Source: Octopus sinensis
Taxonomy: Eukaryota
Direction of reading: 5' to 3'
Assembly: GCF_006345805.1 (NCBI RefSeq)
Contig: NC_043021.1
Coordinates: 11,098,001 to 11,162,000 of the forward strand
Length of the DNA: 64,000 bases
Within the stretch, counting starts at the first letter, position 1. Each line of letters begins with the position of its first letter. The translations under genes were made by a program, and so were the position numbers. Shown piece by piece: positions 13,698-26,504 of this stretch. The notes beneath the pieces were generated by a model that saw only the letters and a program-made list of their open reading frames with translations, did no database searches and was not told the origin of the DNA.

Positions 13698-14104
13698 CAC
13701 TTTTTTTCCCACAGGGGGCTAAACACAGAGGTGACAAACAAGGACAGACAAAGGGATTAAGTCAATTACATCGACACCAGTGCGTAACTGGTACTTATGA
13801 GGCTAACGTTTCTGCCAGCTCGCTGCCTTCAAAAACAAGCTTCTTATACAGCTGCATGACCTTCAAGAAATAGCAACCAAATATTCTTTAAATTGTTTTA
13901 GAGAAAGAAGGACACATTGGCTAGTACAGTCCTAGAAACATTATGCCTGAAATAAGATAAGACGGTTGTCTTACATCAAAGTTTGCTCAATGAGAGGATT
14001 TTGAACAGAACCAGGTATCTTCGTCATATAAACACAACTAGATTAACAATGATTAAATAACAAGTAGAGATAAAGGAAAATCCACTCTGACCACCACCAC
14101 TTAC

Positions 14105-14178
14105 CTGACGGGTCCATTGCTGCCACTACCTAACTTCTCTTTCCAGTAGATTATATAGTCGTCCAGTACCGAGTGTGT
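14105..14178 (-). CDS. MAPKAPK5: MAPKAPK5 exon: THSVLDDYIIYWKEKLGSGSNGPV(R) (Gly-rich loop)
   Basis: 74 nt, ttactag acceptor, gtaagt donor, phase 0 to 2; matches human ETSILEEYSINWTQKLGAGISGPVR. Confidence 0.93.
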
Positions 14179-14804
14179 CTAGTAAAAGATGGGGAAGAAG
14201 ATGGTTAAAGTTAACTCAAGCCACATTCTTGACTTACATACACAAACAGACATACTGCTGTTATTGGTCAAGGCAGGTCACATGGTATTGTTACAGATAA
14301 GATCAGCAACAGTGTATCATCATCATCATCGTTTAACGTCCGTTTTTCCATGCCAGCATCGGTTGGACAGTTCGACCGGGGTCTGGGAAGCCAGGAGGCT
14401 GCACCAGGCTCCAGTCTGATCTGGCAGTGTTTCTACAGCTGGATGCCCTTCCTAACGCCAACCACTCCGTGAGTGTAGTGGGTGCATTTCATGTGCCACC
14501 GGCACAGGTGCCAGGGGAGGCTGGCAACAGTCATGATTGGTTGGTGGTTTTTACGTGCCACCTACATGGAAGCCAGTCAAGGCAGCACTGGCATTGGCCA
14601 CGTATGGATGGTGCTTTTTACGTCCCACTGGCACAGGTGCCAGGGTAGGCTGGCAACGACCACGAATGGTTGGTGGAAAAATGTATGGTAAATGAACAAA
14701 CAACATAATGTATACTGAGTGTACAAAAGGTTGGGAGACAAACACAGAAGGTCCCTAATTCTTCATCAGTTATCAACCAATTGGTAATACTCAGTTTTGC
14801 ACCA

Positions 14805-14844
<40 letters not shown>

Positions 14845-14876
14845 TCATCATCGTTCAAAGTCCGTTTTGGCTTTAA

Positions 14877-15097
14877 CCCTTTCATTACCAACCCGGCTGA
14901 AACCGGCTCTGGCTCTGTAGTACAAATGTCTTGTTTTCATAAGTTTTGAATTCAAATCTTCCACCAAACCTTAGTCACAATTTATGTTCCTAACACTAGC
15001 TTAATGATAACTAAGTTATTTTACTAAATTATTTGTTATATTTAAAATAATTGGAAGAAACACAGTGCATCTCAAAATAAATACAGTAATGAAAGGG
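14877..15097. mobile_element. piggyBac-like MITE, 221 bp (different internal sequence)
   Basis: TTAA TSD; perfect 12-bp TIR CCCTTTCATTAC/GTAATGAAAGGG. Confidence 0.8.
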
Positions 15098-15874
15098 TTA
15101 AGGGTATTGCGAATGGTTTGTTTGAAGGCCCAATCTTTTGAGTTCTTTCAAAAGGCTTAGAAAAACTAAAGGACTGCTGCAATAAGTGTGTAAATCTGAG
15201 AGGTAAATATATTGAATAAAATCATAATTAACTGATCTTCCTGTATTTACTTTTACACAAAGCCAGGAACTTTGTCAGCACTTCCTTGTATATAAATATA
15301 TATGCAAGCATGTATATATGTTTGTATGTATGTATGAAAGTGCATGGCTCAGTGGTTAGAGCATTGGATTCATAATCATGAGGTAGTGAGTTCGATTCCT
15401 GGATCAGGTTGTGTGTTGTGTTCTTGAGCAAGACACTTTATTTCACGTTGTTCCAGTTCACTCAGCTGTAGAAATGAGTTGCGACGTCACTGGTGCCAAG
15501 CTGTATCGGCCCCTTTGCCTTTCTTTTGGACACTGGACAACACTGGGGAGCCATCTGTGTATTGGAATGTGTGTGTGTGTGTGTGTGTGTATGCGCGTAT
15601 GTGTGTGGGGGGTGTTCATTGTCTCAGACTTGAACTTACCTTGACCTGTAAGGTGCCATAATCTGCCATTGGTGGTGTCCTCAAATTATTCTAGACTTTC
15701 CTGGTGAAGAACATACTTGGTAGGTAACATCTTCCATCAGACATGAAATAAACAACCGAATCTTGACCAATGGTTGACCATTGACCATTTATCTGTATAA
15801 TGGAAGAGAAAAAGCAAGCAAAAATGTAGATTGTGTTTACTAAACAATACCATTAGTTAGATCATCTGCACCTC

Positions 15875-16625
15875 TTAAATTATTTATATCAGTTACAATA
15901 CATCTATTAGACTGTCTACATTGGGATATATGCATCTGATAGACTATATACATCTATTAGACTATGTTAAAATACCAACATCTGTTAGGCTATGTTAGGA
16001 TATCTACATCTGCTAGACTATATACATCTGTTATACTACATACATCTATTAGACTATGTTAGGATACCTACATCTGTTAGGCTATGTTAAAATACCTACA
16101 TCTGTTAAACTATGTTAGGATATCTACATCTGTTAGACTATGTTAGAATACCTAGATCTGTTAAACTATATTAGGATATCTACATCTGTTAGACTACGTA
16201 CATCTATTAGACTATGTTAGGATACCTACATCTGTTAGGCTATGTTAGGATATCTACATCTGTTAGGCTATCTACATCTGTTAGACCATGTTAAGATATC
16301 TACATCTGTTAGACCATGTTAAGATATCTACATCTGTTAGACCATGTTAGGATATCTACATCTATTAGACCATGTTAGGATATCTACATCTATTAGACTA
16401 TGCTACGATATTACATCTGTTAAACTACACACCTCTATTAAACTATGTTAGACTGCATACATCTATTAGACTATGTTAGGATACCTACATCTGTTAAGCT
16501 ACATACATCCATTAGACTATGTTAGGATATCTACATCTGTTAGACTACGTTAGGATATCTACAACTGTTGGACAATTTTAGGATATTTAAATCTATCAGA
16601 CTATATTAGGATATCAACATCTGTT
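15875..16625 (+). repeat. Minisatellite, ~28-bp unit CTACATCTGTTAGACTATGTTAGGATAT with shorter ~17-bp variants
   Basis: Direct reading of more than 25 degenerate units. Confidence 0.9.
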
Positions 16626-17208
16626 TCTACCTATGTGTAAGATGTGCAATTTTTTATTCTTAACTGTATAAAAAAAATTGCCCTGCATCTAATGTGACAG
16701 TATTATTGATTGGAGACCAAGTGCTGTAGGATAGGGAGCTGGATAAGTATAAATCCCCTCCACACGATAATTATTATTAACAATTAAATAGCGTTAAGGT
16801 GAGCTGGCAGAATCATTAGCATGCTGGGCAAAATGCTTAGCAGTATTTTGTCCATTTTAATGCCCTGAGTTCAAAATCCGATGAGGTTTACTTTGCCTTT
16901 TATCCTCTCGGGGTTGATAAAATATGTACCAGCTGAGCACAGGGGTCGATGTAATCGACTTACACCCTACCCTAAAATTACTGGCCTTGTGCCAAAATTT
17001 GAAACCAATAATAAAATAGCAAAAACATGTGAAAAAACACAAATTTACAAAAATTTTGCTTAGAGTATGTCAGTATTTTTGTGAAGCAGGGGTCACATCA
17101 TCTTGTTATACTTCCTCCCCCCGACATACATAATCCACACCTGATTTGTGTCTTACAGTATTTAATGACTATGTGACCTTTCAGAGAGGTTTTTACAATT
17201 ATCAAACT

Positions 17209-17548
17209 CAATGGTTCACAACCAGGGCCCATGTAAGATTTTGGGTGAGGTGGGGGTCTACACTAGTAAATTAGACCTGTGGTAGTATTTTATGGGTCCA
17301 CGAAAAACAATTTTTGTTTTAGATGTATCTGTTGCAAGAAACAGCTAGGTTTTGTTCTCTGGCATTTTATATAGTTCAGCCCACACAAATGAATGTGTGA
17401 TAGGCAAGACTGGAATTTTGAAAGGAATATCTATAAATTTAGTTTTTTTAAACATCAATTGGCTATGGTGGTGGTGGTAGTGGGGTCCACCAGAATAGAA
17501 TAGCAATCAAAGGGATCTGTAGATAAAAAAATGCTTTGAGAACCACTG
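17209..17548. mobile_element. hAT (Charlie-like) MITE, 340 bp
   Basis: TIR CA(A/G)TGGTTC(A/T)CAA; 8-bp TSD atcaaact/atctaact (7/8). Confidence 0.7.
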
Positions 17549-17600
17549 ATCTAACTGAAAAATTCCTTTAGAAAAATTACATGCAACAAGTGGATGTATG

Positions 17601-17619
<19 letters not shown>

Positions 17620-17632
<13 letters not shown>

Positions 17633-17815
17633 ACGGGAAGCTTTATGAAAATAAACAAAAGACGAAGGCAGGTGGAATACAAACAAACAATTGTATTAGT
17701 ATGGCGCTCAGGAATATAAATAAAACAAGTCTTTTACGTTTCGAGCCTACGCTCTTCAACAGAAAGATACACAGAAAAGAAACACAGAAAGAAACAAGGA
17801 GAGAAAAAAAATGCG
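17620..17815 (-). mobile_element. Short Penelope-like terminal element with variant minimal hammerhead (CTGTTGA core, 17730-17767), ending at (TA)n
   Basis: ~150 bp near-identical to 54270-54420; tcttt-CTGTTGA-a-GAGC-gtag-GCTC-GAAACGT-A-aaaga. Confidence 0.55.
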
Positions 17816-17859
17816 TGCAGAGGCTAGCGAATCAACATACACATGTATACATATATATA

Positions 17860-17944
17860 TGCATGTATACACACACATATATATATATCCATATACATAT
17901 ATATATATATATATATATATGTATGAATATACATATATGTATAT

Positions 17945-17987
<43 letters not shown>

Positions 17988-18254
17988 ATATATATCATCG
18001 TTTAGCGTCCGCTTTCCATGCTGGCATGAGTTGGACGGTTCAACTGGGGTCTGGGAAGCCAGAATGCTGCACCAGGCCCAGTCTGATCTGGCAATGTTTC
18101 TACGGCTGGATGCCCTTCCTAACGCCAACCACTCCATGAGTGTAGTGGGTGCTTTTTACGTATGAATATCCCTATATATATATCCATATACATGTATGCA
18201 TATACATATGTGTGTATATATATATATAATATATATATATATATATGCATATAC

Positions 18255-18286
<32 letters not shown>

Positions 18287-18333
18287 GCATATACATATGT
18301 GTATATATATATATATATATATGTATGCATATA

Positions 18334-18364
<31 letters not shown>

Positions 18365-18493
18365 GCATATACATATGTATATATATATATATATATATAT
18401 ATGTATGCATATACATATGTATATATATATATATATATGTATGCATATACATATGTATATATATATAATATATATATATATGTATGCATATAC

Positions 18494-18544
<51 letters not shown>

Positions 18545-18560
18545 GTATACACACACATAC
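17860..18560. repeat. TA-rich compound microsatellite (also ~8700-9160, 32575-32955)
   Basis: Direct reading; source of the YIYI ORFs. Confidence 0.95.
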
Positions 18561-19722
18561 ACACAACAGGCTTCTTTCAATTTCCATTAACCAGATTCAA
18601 TCACAAGGCAATGACCTGGAACCATAGTAGAAAACGTTGCCCAAGGTGCCACACGGTGGGACTAAACAGAACCCGAAACCATGCAGTTGGGAAGAAGCAA
18701 ACTTCTTTGGAAAGTTTAATCACTGTTTTTTTCATTTCTTCCACTTAAACAAATGTGTCTGCCTATTTACACTTCCAGCCAGCCCCAGGCAGGTAATTCT
18801 AGCTTCAACAGCTGACGGATGATTCAGTGCATGAATAGGAAACAGCTGTGCTGTTACATGAAATCTAGATTGGTTTCTGGAATTTTCCATTTATAATGCT
18901 TTCTCATTCAACATTTTTTCTTTTTTTTTCTTTCATGTTTTGGATTTCAAAATTTCAGATAGAGCTTTATAAATCGTATCAATTTCAGCGAGGGGAACCA
19001 CTATGTGGTCGTTCGACCTGCTCGAAATAACAGCCGATTCTCTTTCAAATAAGACCTGTCCTTAAAAAGGTAAAAAAAAAAAAAAAGAAAAAGAAAGAAA
19101 AAGAAACAAAGGGAATGATACATAATGTGATTCTGAATTCCTTGCCTATATGTGGAAAAGTTGTGATGGTCTCCACTGGAATGTCTTTGATCATATGTCT
19201 GCTTTATCAAACCACAACAAAAGCCTCGCTAGAAATAGCAGCCGGATCTCTCTCAAATAACGTATTACGTAAAGTAAAGTTACATTAGATTTAACAACCA
19301 GAATACTTTTCCTTGTATGATCTGCTCGATCAAGACTGACCTAGGGTTAAACAAGAACAACACTTCACAAATAAAATCCTATTTGGCGAACAAGACCGGC
19401 ATTTCTTGGACTGTCGTGGTGGTAGTGATGGAAGTGGCGACAGCCATGGTGGCGGTGGCGGCAGTGGCGGTAATATTTAACCTCGGGTCGAGAAGACTAT
19501 TCCCGCCGTGACCATCCCGTCTTTTTCACCTATGTGCAGGGGAAACTGAAGTCCACCTTAACCACCTCCCATTACTACCACCACCACCTACCATCATTCT
19601 CTAGGACGAGTAGAGTGTGGGTTGATCGAGATTTTAGGAGTGATTTCTAGCAGGCTGGAGGACCACTACAAAGCATGCATGTCTAGAGTGGATGGAATTA
19701 TAAAAGGCGGGGTGGAATTTAC

Positions 19723-19743
19723 GATGCTTGAAATTTCCATCAT
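19723..19743 (-). CDS. MAPKAPK5: Candidate first coding exon of MAPKAPK5 (MMEISSI)
   Basis: ATGATGGAAATTTCAAGCATC then gtaaat donor, phase 0 as the 14178 acceptor requires; lies in a non-repetitive CpG-containing region just downstream of promoter motifs; too short for homology support. Confidence 0.45.
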
Positions 19744-19892
19744 GCGGTATTGTTGCGAAAAAAAAAGCAACAACAACAACAAAAAACAAACTAAATAATA
19801 ACAAATAAGATGCAGCTTGGCGATCTTTCGTCTCCAGTAGACCTTTCCGTCGATTTCCGTAAAAAATTTTTTTTTTTTTTTACATATGGGCT

Positions 19893-19908
19893 TGCGGGAA
19901 CTTTTGAA
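19893..19908 (+). promoter_or_regulatory. CDE-CHR (DREAM/MuvB-type) element TGCGGG-AACT-TTTGAA, copy 1
   Basis: Exact match to B-SSSSS-NNNN-TTYRAA; ~150 bp upstream of the candidate MK5 ATG. Confidence 0.55.
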
Positions 19909-20154
19909 GTAATATACATACATATACACATACACCGAGTAAAAAATTTCAGTTATCTCTTTCTTTCACACATTACTCTGTCTCTTCACACACACTAACA
20001 GAAGCACTTCACTTACACAACATACTGTCTGTCTCCCACACCCCATCAAACACACACACACACATGTACATCAATGCTTCACATGCACGGTAACTTCAAA
20101 AGAACTTCCCTCGTCATACAATCGCTTTCTCTTGGTCTCTTTCGCTCTCATTAC

Positions 20155-20170
20155 TTCAAAAGTTCCCGCA
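20155..20170 (-). promoter_or_regulatory. CDE-CHR element, identical copy 2 in the opposite arm of an inverted duplication
   Basis: TTCAAAAGTTCCCGCA on + is the reverse complement of copy 1. Confidence 0.55.
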
Positions 20171-20576
20171 AGCCCAAAAGGAAAAAAAAAAAAATTTTTT
20201 ACGGAAATCGACGGAAAGGTCTACTAGAGACGAAAGATTGCCTGCAGCTTAATAAATAAATAGATGGAGTTGAGGAGAAAATACTTTTCATTGAAAATCG
20301 AGCCTCAGTCTTTGACAATACATTAGTGTGGGAAATGGAGACGAGATACCTTGCTGATAATAACAAACGTAAAAAAATATATGCTACAGCATCATTAAAT
20401 ATTATGAGACAAAACTGAATGCAGAAGGCTGCTTTTAGTGGTGTATATATTAGACAACTTACCGTTCCAAACACACACATATATATATTACACAACATAA
20501 GCACAGACATAAAGAGATGCTTTCATTGCTATGTATAATAAACTACTGTTTCTTTCTCTCACTCACTCTCATACGT

Positions 20577-20637
<61 letters not shown>

Positions 20638-20724
20638 AAACAAGGTGGAAAAAAGAGTACTCAAATACCAGTGGTAGAGTAATATGCTTTATTTAAAGCA
20701 GCAGAAAATTCAACAAAAATTCTA

Positions 20725-20776
20725 GCAAAAACTGTCTGATGAACGGCAACGAGAAACTCAGAGTAACAGATTTTGT
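20725..20776 (+). ncRNA. Type-I hammerhead ribozyme motif, intact core, predicted cleavage after GUA at 20765
   Basis: Stem I gcaaaaactgt/acagattttgt; CTGATGA 20736-20742; short stem II CG-GCAA-CG; GAAA 20753-20756; stem III ACTC/GAGT; folded by eye. Confidence 0.6.
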
Positions 20777-20909
20777 TGAATTTTCTGCAGCTTTAAATAA
20801 AGTATATATATATATATATATATATCTTTATTATGTTTATTATGGTAGTCTTGACATTAAGAGTCCCGCCTAGCGTGAGGCATTTATGTGTAGTAATGCC
20901 CTTAATATA

Positions 20910-20963
<54 letters not shown>

Positions 20964-22579
20964 TATATATATTTAAAGGAATGATTAATAAGTTTTTCCC
21001 TAGTGGGGTTTTTCACGCTGACTACTTGATAAATTCTTATAAAGATTTTATCCTATTTTAAAATTGTATGTATGTATGTATGTATGTATGTATGTATGTG
21101 TGTGTGTATGTATGTATGTATGTAGAGGTATGGTGGTGCAAACAGGAAAAATAGAACTCGAAATATGGGTATATGAATATTTTTATTAATATTTAGCTCA
21201 GTGACTCAAGGGCCGGGAGACGAAACTCTCGGCTCATGAGTCACTCTGTTGCTTCTGCTAAATATTGTGTGTGTGTGTGTTTAGTTATAATAAAAACAAT
21301 TTAGGTTATTCTATACCTTTGTGAAGTACGAGTTTATTGCTATACAAAAAAGTTGCTGATAGTGACTTCGAAGTTTCGGTCATCTACATCTACATCTATC
21401 TATCTATCTATCTATAGAATGAGAGAAAAGAACTTGGGCCAAGACGAAACCCATGTCCTTTTACTCTCATAATTAAGGTGTTCTTAACATTAAACTATAG
21501 CTCTCTTCAGACTGCAAAGGACCGACCCCGTATGATAGATAATGCAACGATGGAAATTTAACGTGATTAACAATAAAAGGGCAGAAACCTGAACGTAAAA
21601 TTGTCGCGAACGGAGGACATCTATTCCTACTTTATACACATACACAAAATACATACATATATACATACATACAACACACACACGCACCTTACAGTTCCAC
21701 AGGTGTTTCTATGCAACGGTATTTTGTACACTGCAAAGCTGCTTTTAATTATATATAAAATATATGCATTTCTACATTATTAAGTATTGAGTTCTTTTCT
21801 ACCGTAGGAGTGTTGTCGTTGGTTCAAGAACCACACACACATACATACATACACGGATGTGCGTGTGTATGTCTGTGAGTTTGTGTATAGACGTAAATAT
21901 GTGTCTGTATGTGTGTGAGAGTATGTTTCCATGTATATCAAACAACAAGCTGTTCATAAGAGTTGCAACGGTAATTTAAACATTAAAAAAAAAAGACCCA
22001 TAAAAATACTGCTAACGTTAGAGCTATTAATAACTCTTATCTAAACATTTTCATACTTGTTCATAAATTTACAGAAAGTAAAACTGCACAAAATTTTTTT
22101 TAAAAAAGAAGAAAAATATGCTAAAACAAAGAAAGCTTACACACTCCCTCTATCTCCATACAAGGAACACAAATCATCACTGTTTTCTAGAGTTCAGAAT
22201 TTAGATAAAAAAAAAAAATTAGTAACGGGTCTTTAGTACAAACCATGATTGATGCGCTCTCTGACCGGCGTTATCACTACTAGCATACGTAAATGGTAAT
22301 TTATTCTACAGACTTCTGGAACTGGAAGAAAGTGTAATGTGCCAAAGCACGAAACTCTCGGAAGTTGAGTCACTCGCTTGCTTCTGCTAACTATTAATAA
22401 AAAATATACATCTATTCATGTTCTGAATTCTATTTTTCCTGTTTGCACCAACACACACATACATACACACACACATATATATAAGTGAAATTAATGTTTT
22501 CTTTTGACACATTCTACCAGTATACGAAGTTTCAAATTGTTTAGTTAACTAGAAAATTCGTCCATCGAAAGGAAAAGAT

Positions 22580-22626
<47 letters not shown>

Positions 22627-22818
22627 AATTGAGGACTGAACACGAAAAGTGGACAGTCAACATGCTAGATATAGACGTCAAATCGTCATTATCCACAAAA
22701 GATTATGTTCTCAAATCAAACTCATATATATATAAATATTTTAATCTTCGGATTCTTTTTAATATGCTAGACCACTGGTTTTAATTGATAAATATTGATT
22801 TCTACCCTTAATTAATTT

Positions 22819-22852
<34 letters not shown>

Positions 22853-22956
22853 AGGTTGCAAGACGGAACGGAGATTTTAGAAAATTTAAGTGAGTGGAAA
22901 TCGAACCGGTGTGTGTGTTAAATAATAAGACACTAAAAGAGAATGTCTCTCCCCAG

Positions 22957-22989
<33 letters not shown>

Positions 22990-25248
22990 CTTTATAAATA
23001 GGGTTCAGCAGCGATTCCTTCTACTTTTAAAGTAGAAGGAATAGCTAAGATTTTTTGACTGCTATTTCTAAACTTCGGTATGTGGTGAAGCAAATCGCTG
23101 CTGAACCCTATTATAGAGTATTACTTAAGCTTACCATGAAATGGTCCTTTTCATGCCGAATTCTACTCGGTGAAATTACTGATTACTTCTTAATTAATTA
23201 ATTTTACCCTTTGTTATTATATACATATATATATGTAGTTATTAGTGTGGGATTATCAATCCGGGCAAAATACTTTATAAGCTGTCTGTTAGTACACCAA
23301 GCTAACAAATCCAGCGATTGAGCAAACCTGTCAATAACAAACCGGTAATGAATGATAACTGGAAACAGCTGCGAGTTAAATTTACTACAATAAAGAAAAA
23401 ATATGTAACGACCATTATTTATGCCTTGTCTTATAAACACACACACGAATTCTTGTAGGTGATAAGTTCATAAAGAAGCTATGTTAGGTCATTTATATAT
23501 AAAAAAAAAAGGACTCCAAGACAAGTCTGAGAGTTGTTAGAAAGAAATTTTTTTATCTATAATCGATAGTCCGACAAATTTATTATGAGCCATACGCGAA
23601 ACAGTATATATTTTGTCGGACTAACGATTATAGATTAAATCTCTCTCTCTCTCACACACACACATATATATATATCGGTCAGTAGTTCATATGTCCGAAA
23701 AAGAAGCACGTTCTAAAACATTAGAAACCCTCTACTATACTATATAATATTATACTATACATACATATTATATCATATGTGTATATAGAACACCGATGCT
23801 ATGCGAACACAAAACCTTCTGGGACCCACGAAAAAAACAAACAAAAAAAAAAGACAAGGGCGACGAGTGGCTGAAATGGTAAAGCGGTGGACAAAAGTGC
23901 TGTTGCTCTGCAGTAATTTTATTACAGTCCTAAGCATTTGGTGTTCAAATCTCACTTAGGTCTTTGTCTTCCACATTCCGGTGATCGAAAAAATAAAGTT
24001 ACCAATGCAATAATAATAATAATAATAGGCTTTCTATATGTAAAGGTTAAAAGCAGACAAAGACCGAATATTACAAATTATTCTTGTCGTTAGTTACGAT
24101 CTAAAGCGTCCTTCCAGCTATGACCATCCCGTCTTTTATTTAAGTATCGTGTATCATGCACAACGGTATATAATGTATTCTTACATAACTGACATTTTGC
24201 TTGTATTATATAGTTTGTTTTCGTTCTTTTAACGGAAATGGATGTTCTAAGGTAAATTTAGTTGCTATTTCTGGCAGGTCAAGCTACCACGTAGAGTCTC
24301 TTCATGTCGTCTCGTACCGCAAAGTGCTTGCTCTCCGCCGGTTTACAAAGACTGATTCTATTTATAGCTATTGCAGCTGTTGTTTAGCCCCGGGTCAACC
24401 GTACATGACCATCCCGGTTTATATATACATATATATGTGTGTGTGTGTGTGTGTATGTGTGTGTTCTAAGAATATCGAGGACTGCATAATTTAATGTGTC
24501 CTTCGCTTTAATTTTCGTTCTTATACGTAAATTTGTTTTTTCTTTTTGGGAACTGGATCTCGAAGCATATATATAATGCTGTAAATAACAACATGTAAAT
24601 ATTGCGTTGAAGAAGAAAAAAATCTTTCTGGATATATATAAAAAAAAAAAAGAAGTCGAAGGCTGCCTATGGGACACTAAAGACAAGACAACAGTTGCTA
24701 CTTGAGGGAGATTTCGCTACCATTTCTTGCAAGGTGCGACGACCACAAAGCGACTCATTCTTTAGATCTATCTATAGTAGAAGTAGTAGTAGTAGTAATA
24801 GTAAGGTATTATGTAATAATAGATACATACGTTGCACAAGAGCGGATATAAAGCCAAGTCCAACCTAAGCGCTGTTCCATAGATTCTGTAAATATTATTT
24901 TAACAATAAACTTACCGAAGAAGAATCGTTGTCGCACAAAGAGAGAAAGACTTTGCAGCAGAAGGAAGGGCAAAAAACGAAGGGAAGTAACTCTTAATGG
25001 ATTATTCTTTATCTTTTTCTTTCTTTCTCTCTCTCTCATTCTTGATCTTTCTCTCTATCTCTTCCTCACTTTCTTTCTTTTTCAATCTATCTATCTATCT
25101 TTCTTTTTTTTCTTTCTTTCTCTCTCTTCATTTCTTTCTCTTTTCTTTCTTTCTCTCTCTCTCTATCTCTTCCTCACTCTTTCTTTTTCAATCTATCTAT
25201 CTTTCTTTTTTTCTTTCTTTCTCTCTCTTCATTTCTTTCTCTTTTCTT

Positions 25249-25279
<31 letters not shown>

Positions 25280-25561
25280 CTTCCTCACTCTTTCTTTTTC
25301 AATCTATCTATCTTTCTTTTTTTTCTTTCTGTCTATTTCTTTCTTTCTCTCTCTTCATTTCTTTCTTTCTCTTCTCTTTCTTTCTCTCTACCTGTTTCTT
25401 TTTCTCACTGTATCTATCTTTCTTTCTTTCTATCTATCTCTTTCTTCCTCCTCTCTCTCTCATATTTTCTATCTTTCAATCATTTTATCTTTCTTTTTCT
25501 CTCTCTCCCTCTTTCTCGGTCTTCTGTTTGTATGTATAAATATATGTATGTCTGTATGCGA

Positions 25562-25618
<57 letters not shown>

Positions 25619-26504
25619 TATAACACTTAATAAGTGGAAGACCACTAAAGTGGATTCCTATACGCTAGAGATAGACGCCAAACCGCCTTGAGTTATACTC
25701 CTATATCTTATTATAATGGTATATATCTTATATATATATATATTATATATATATATATATAATATATATATATATAAGGTGATTGCAAACAGGAAAAGTA
25801 GAACTCAAAATATGAGTATATGTATATATATTTTTTATTAATATTTAGCAGATGCAACAGAGTGACTCAAGGGCCGGATAGTTTCGTGCGTTGACATTTA
25901 ATACACGAAACTCTCGGCCCTGGAGTGACTGTCACTTCTGCTAAATATGAATTAAAACGTGTGAGCGAGTGTATGGCTGTGTGTAAAATATATACACATT
26001 TGACATGTATGCTATGTATGTGTGTGTATGTATGTATGCATGAATGACCGAATGTATGTGTGTTCGTGAGTGTATGTATGTGTGTGTGTTAATGTATATG
26101 CATAATTAATTTTGAATTAGCAAATTACAAAAGGAAAACGGACAATAAAAATAAAAACGACTCGGAAAGGCCTACATGTATTCTTCATTTCCATTATATA
26201 AACAACGATATAAAAACGTTGAAGGTACCCCACCAAAACACTAACTGCATTTACCCGCATCGCAAAGGCTGGGGGTAAAGGTGGTTGGAAAGGGTAAGCA
26301 CGAAGCACCCCGGGTAGAATCCATCACCTGATACTTCGCTAAGACGAGACACCGACGACGAAGGGCAAGTTCGTTGTCGGCGATACCTGGACTTGCTTCC
26401 GAACGTCACAAATGCGGCCCGGGAAATAAATACAATCCACAAGCAAATTGTATTAACAGTTAATAATAGTTCAGCAACGTCCGCAACGGCCAACACTTTC
26501 CGTG

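Larger units (their letters stand above)
19819..20242. repeat. Inverted duplication, arms 19819-19913 and 20150-20242 (~94 bp), spacer ~236 bp
   Basis: attacttcaaaagttcccgcaagccc...ttttttacggaaatcgacggaaaggtctact(g/a)gagacgaaagat(c/t)gcc on opposite strands; few mismatches. Confidence 0.9.

Noticed and set aside
24911-24995. Possible minus-strand non-coding exon ending in a GTAAGT donor (similar donors at ~20463 on - and ~29955 on +)
   Set aside because: The hexamer is expected many times by chance in 64 kb, and there is no convincing acceptor or homology.
24997-25539. 180-aa Phe/Leu/Ser-rich 'membrane protein' ORF (also 51692-52123)
   Set aside because: Translation of a CT-rich low-complexity tract.
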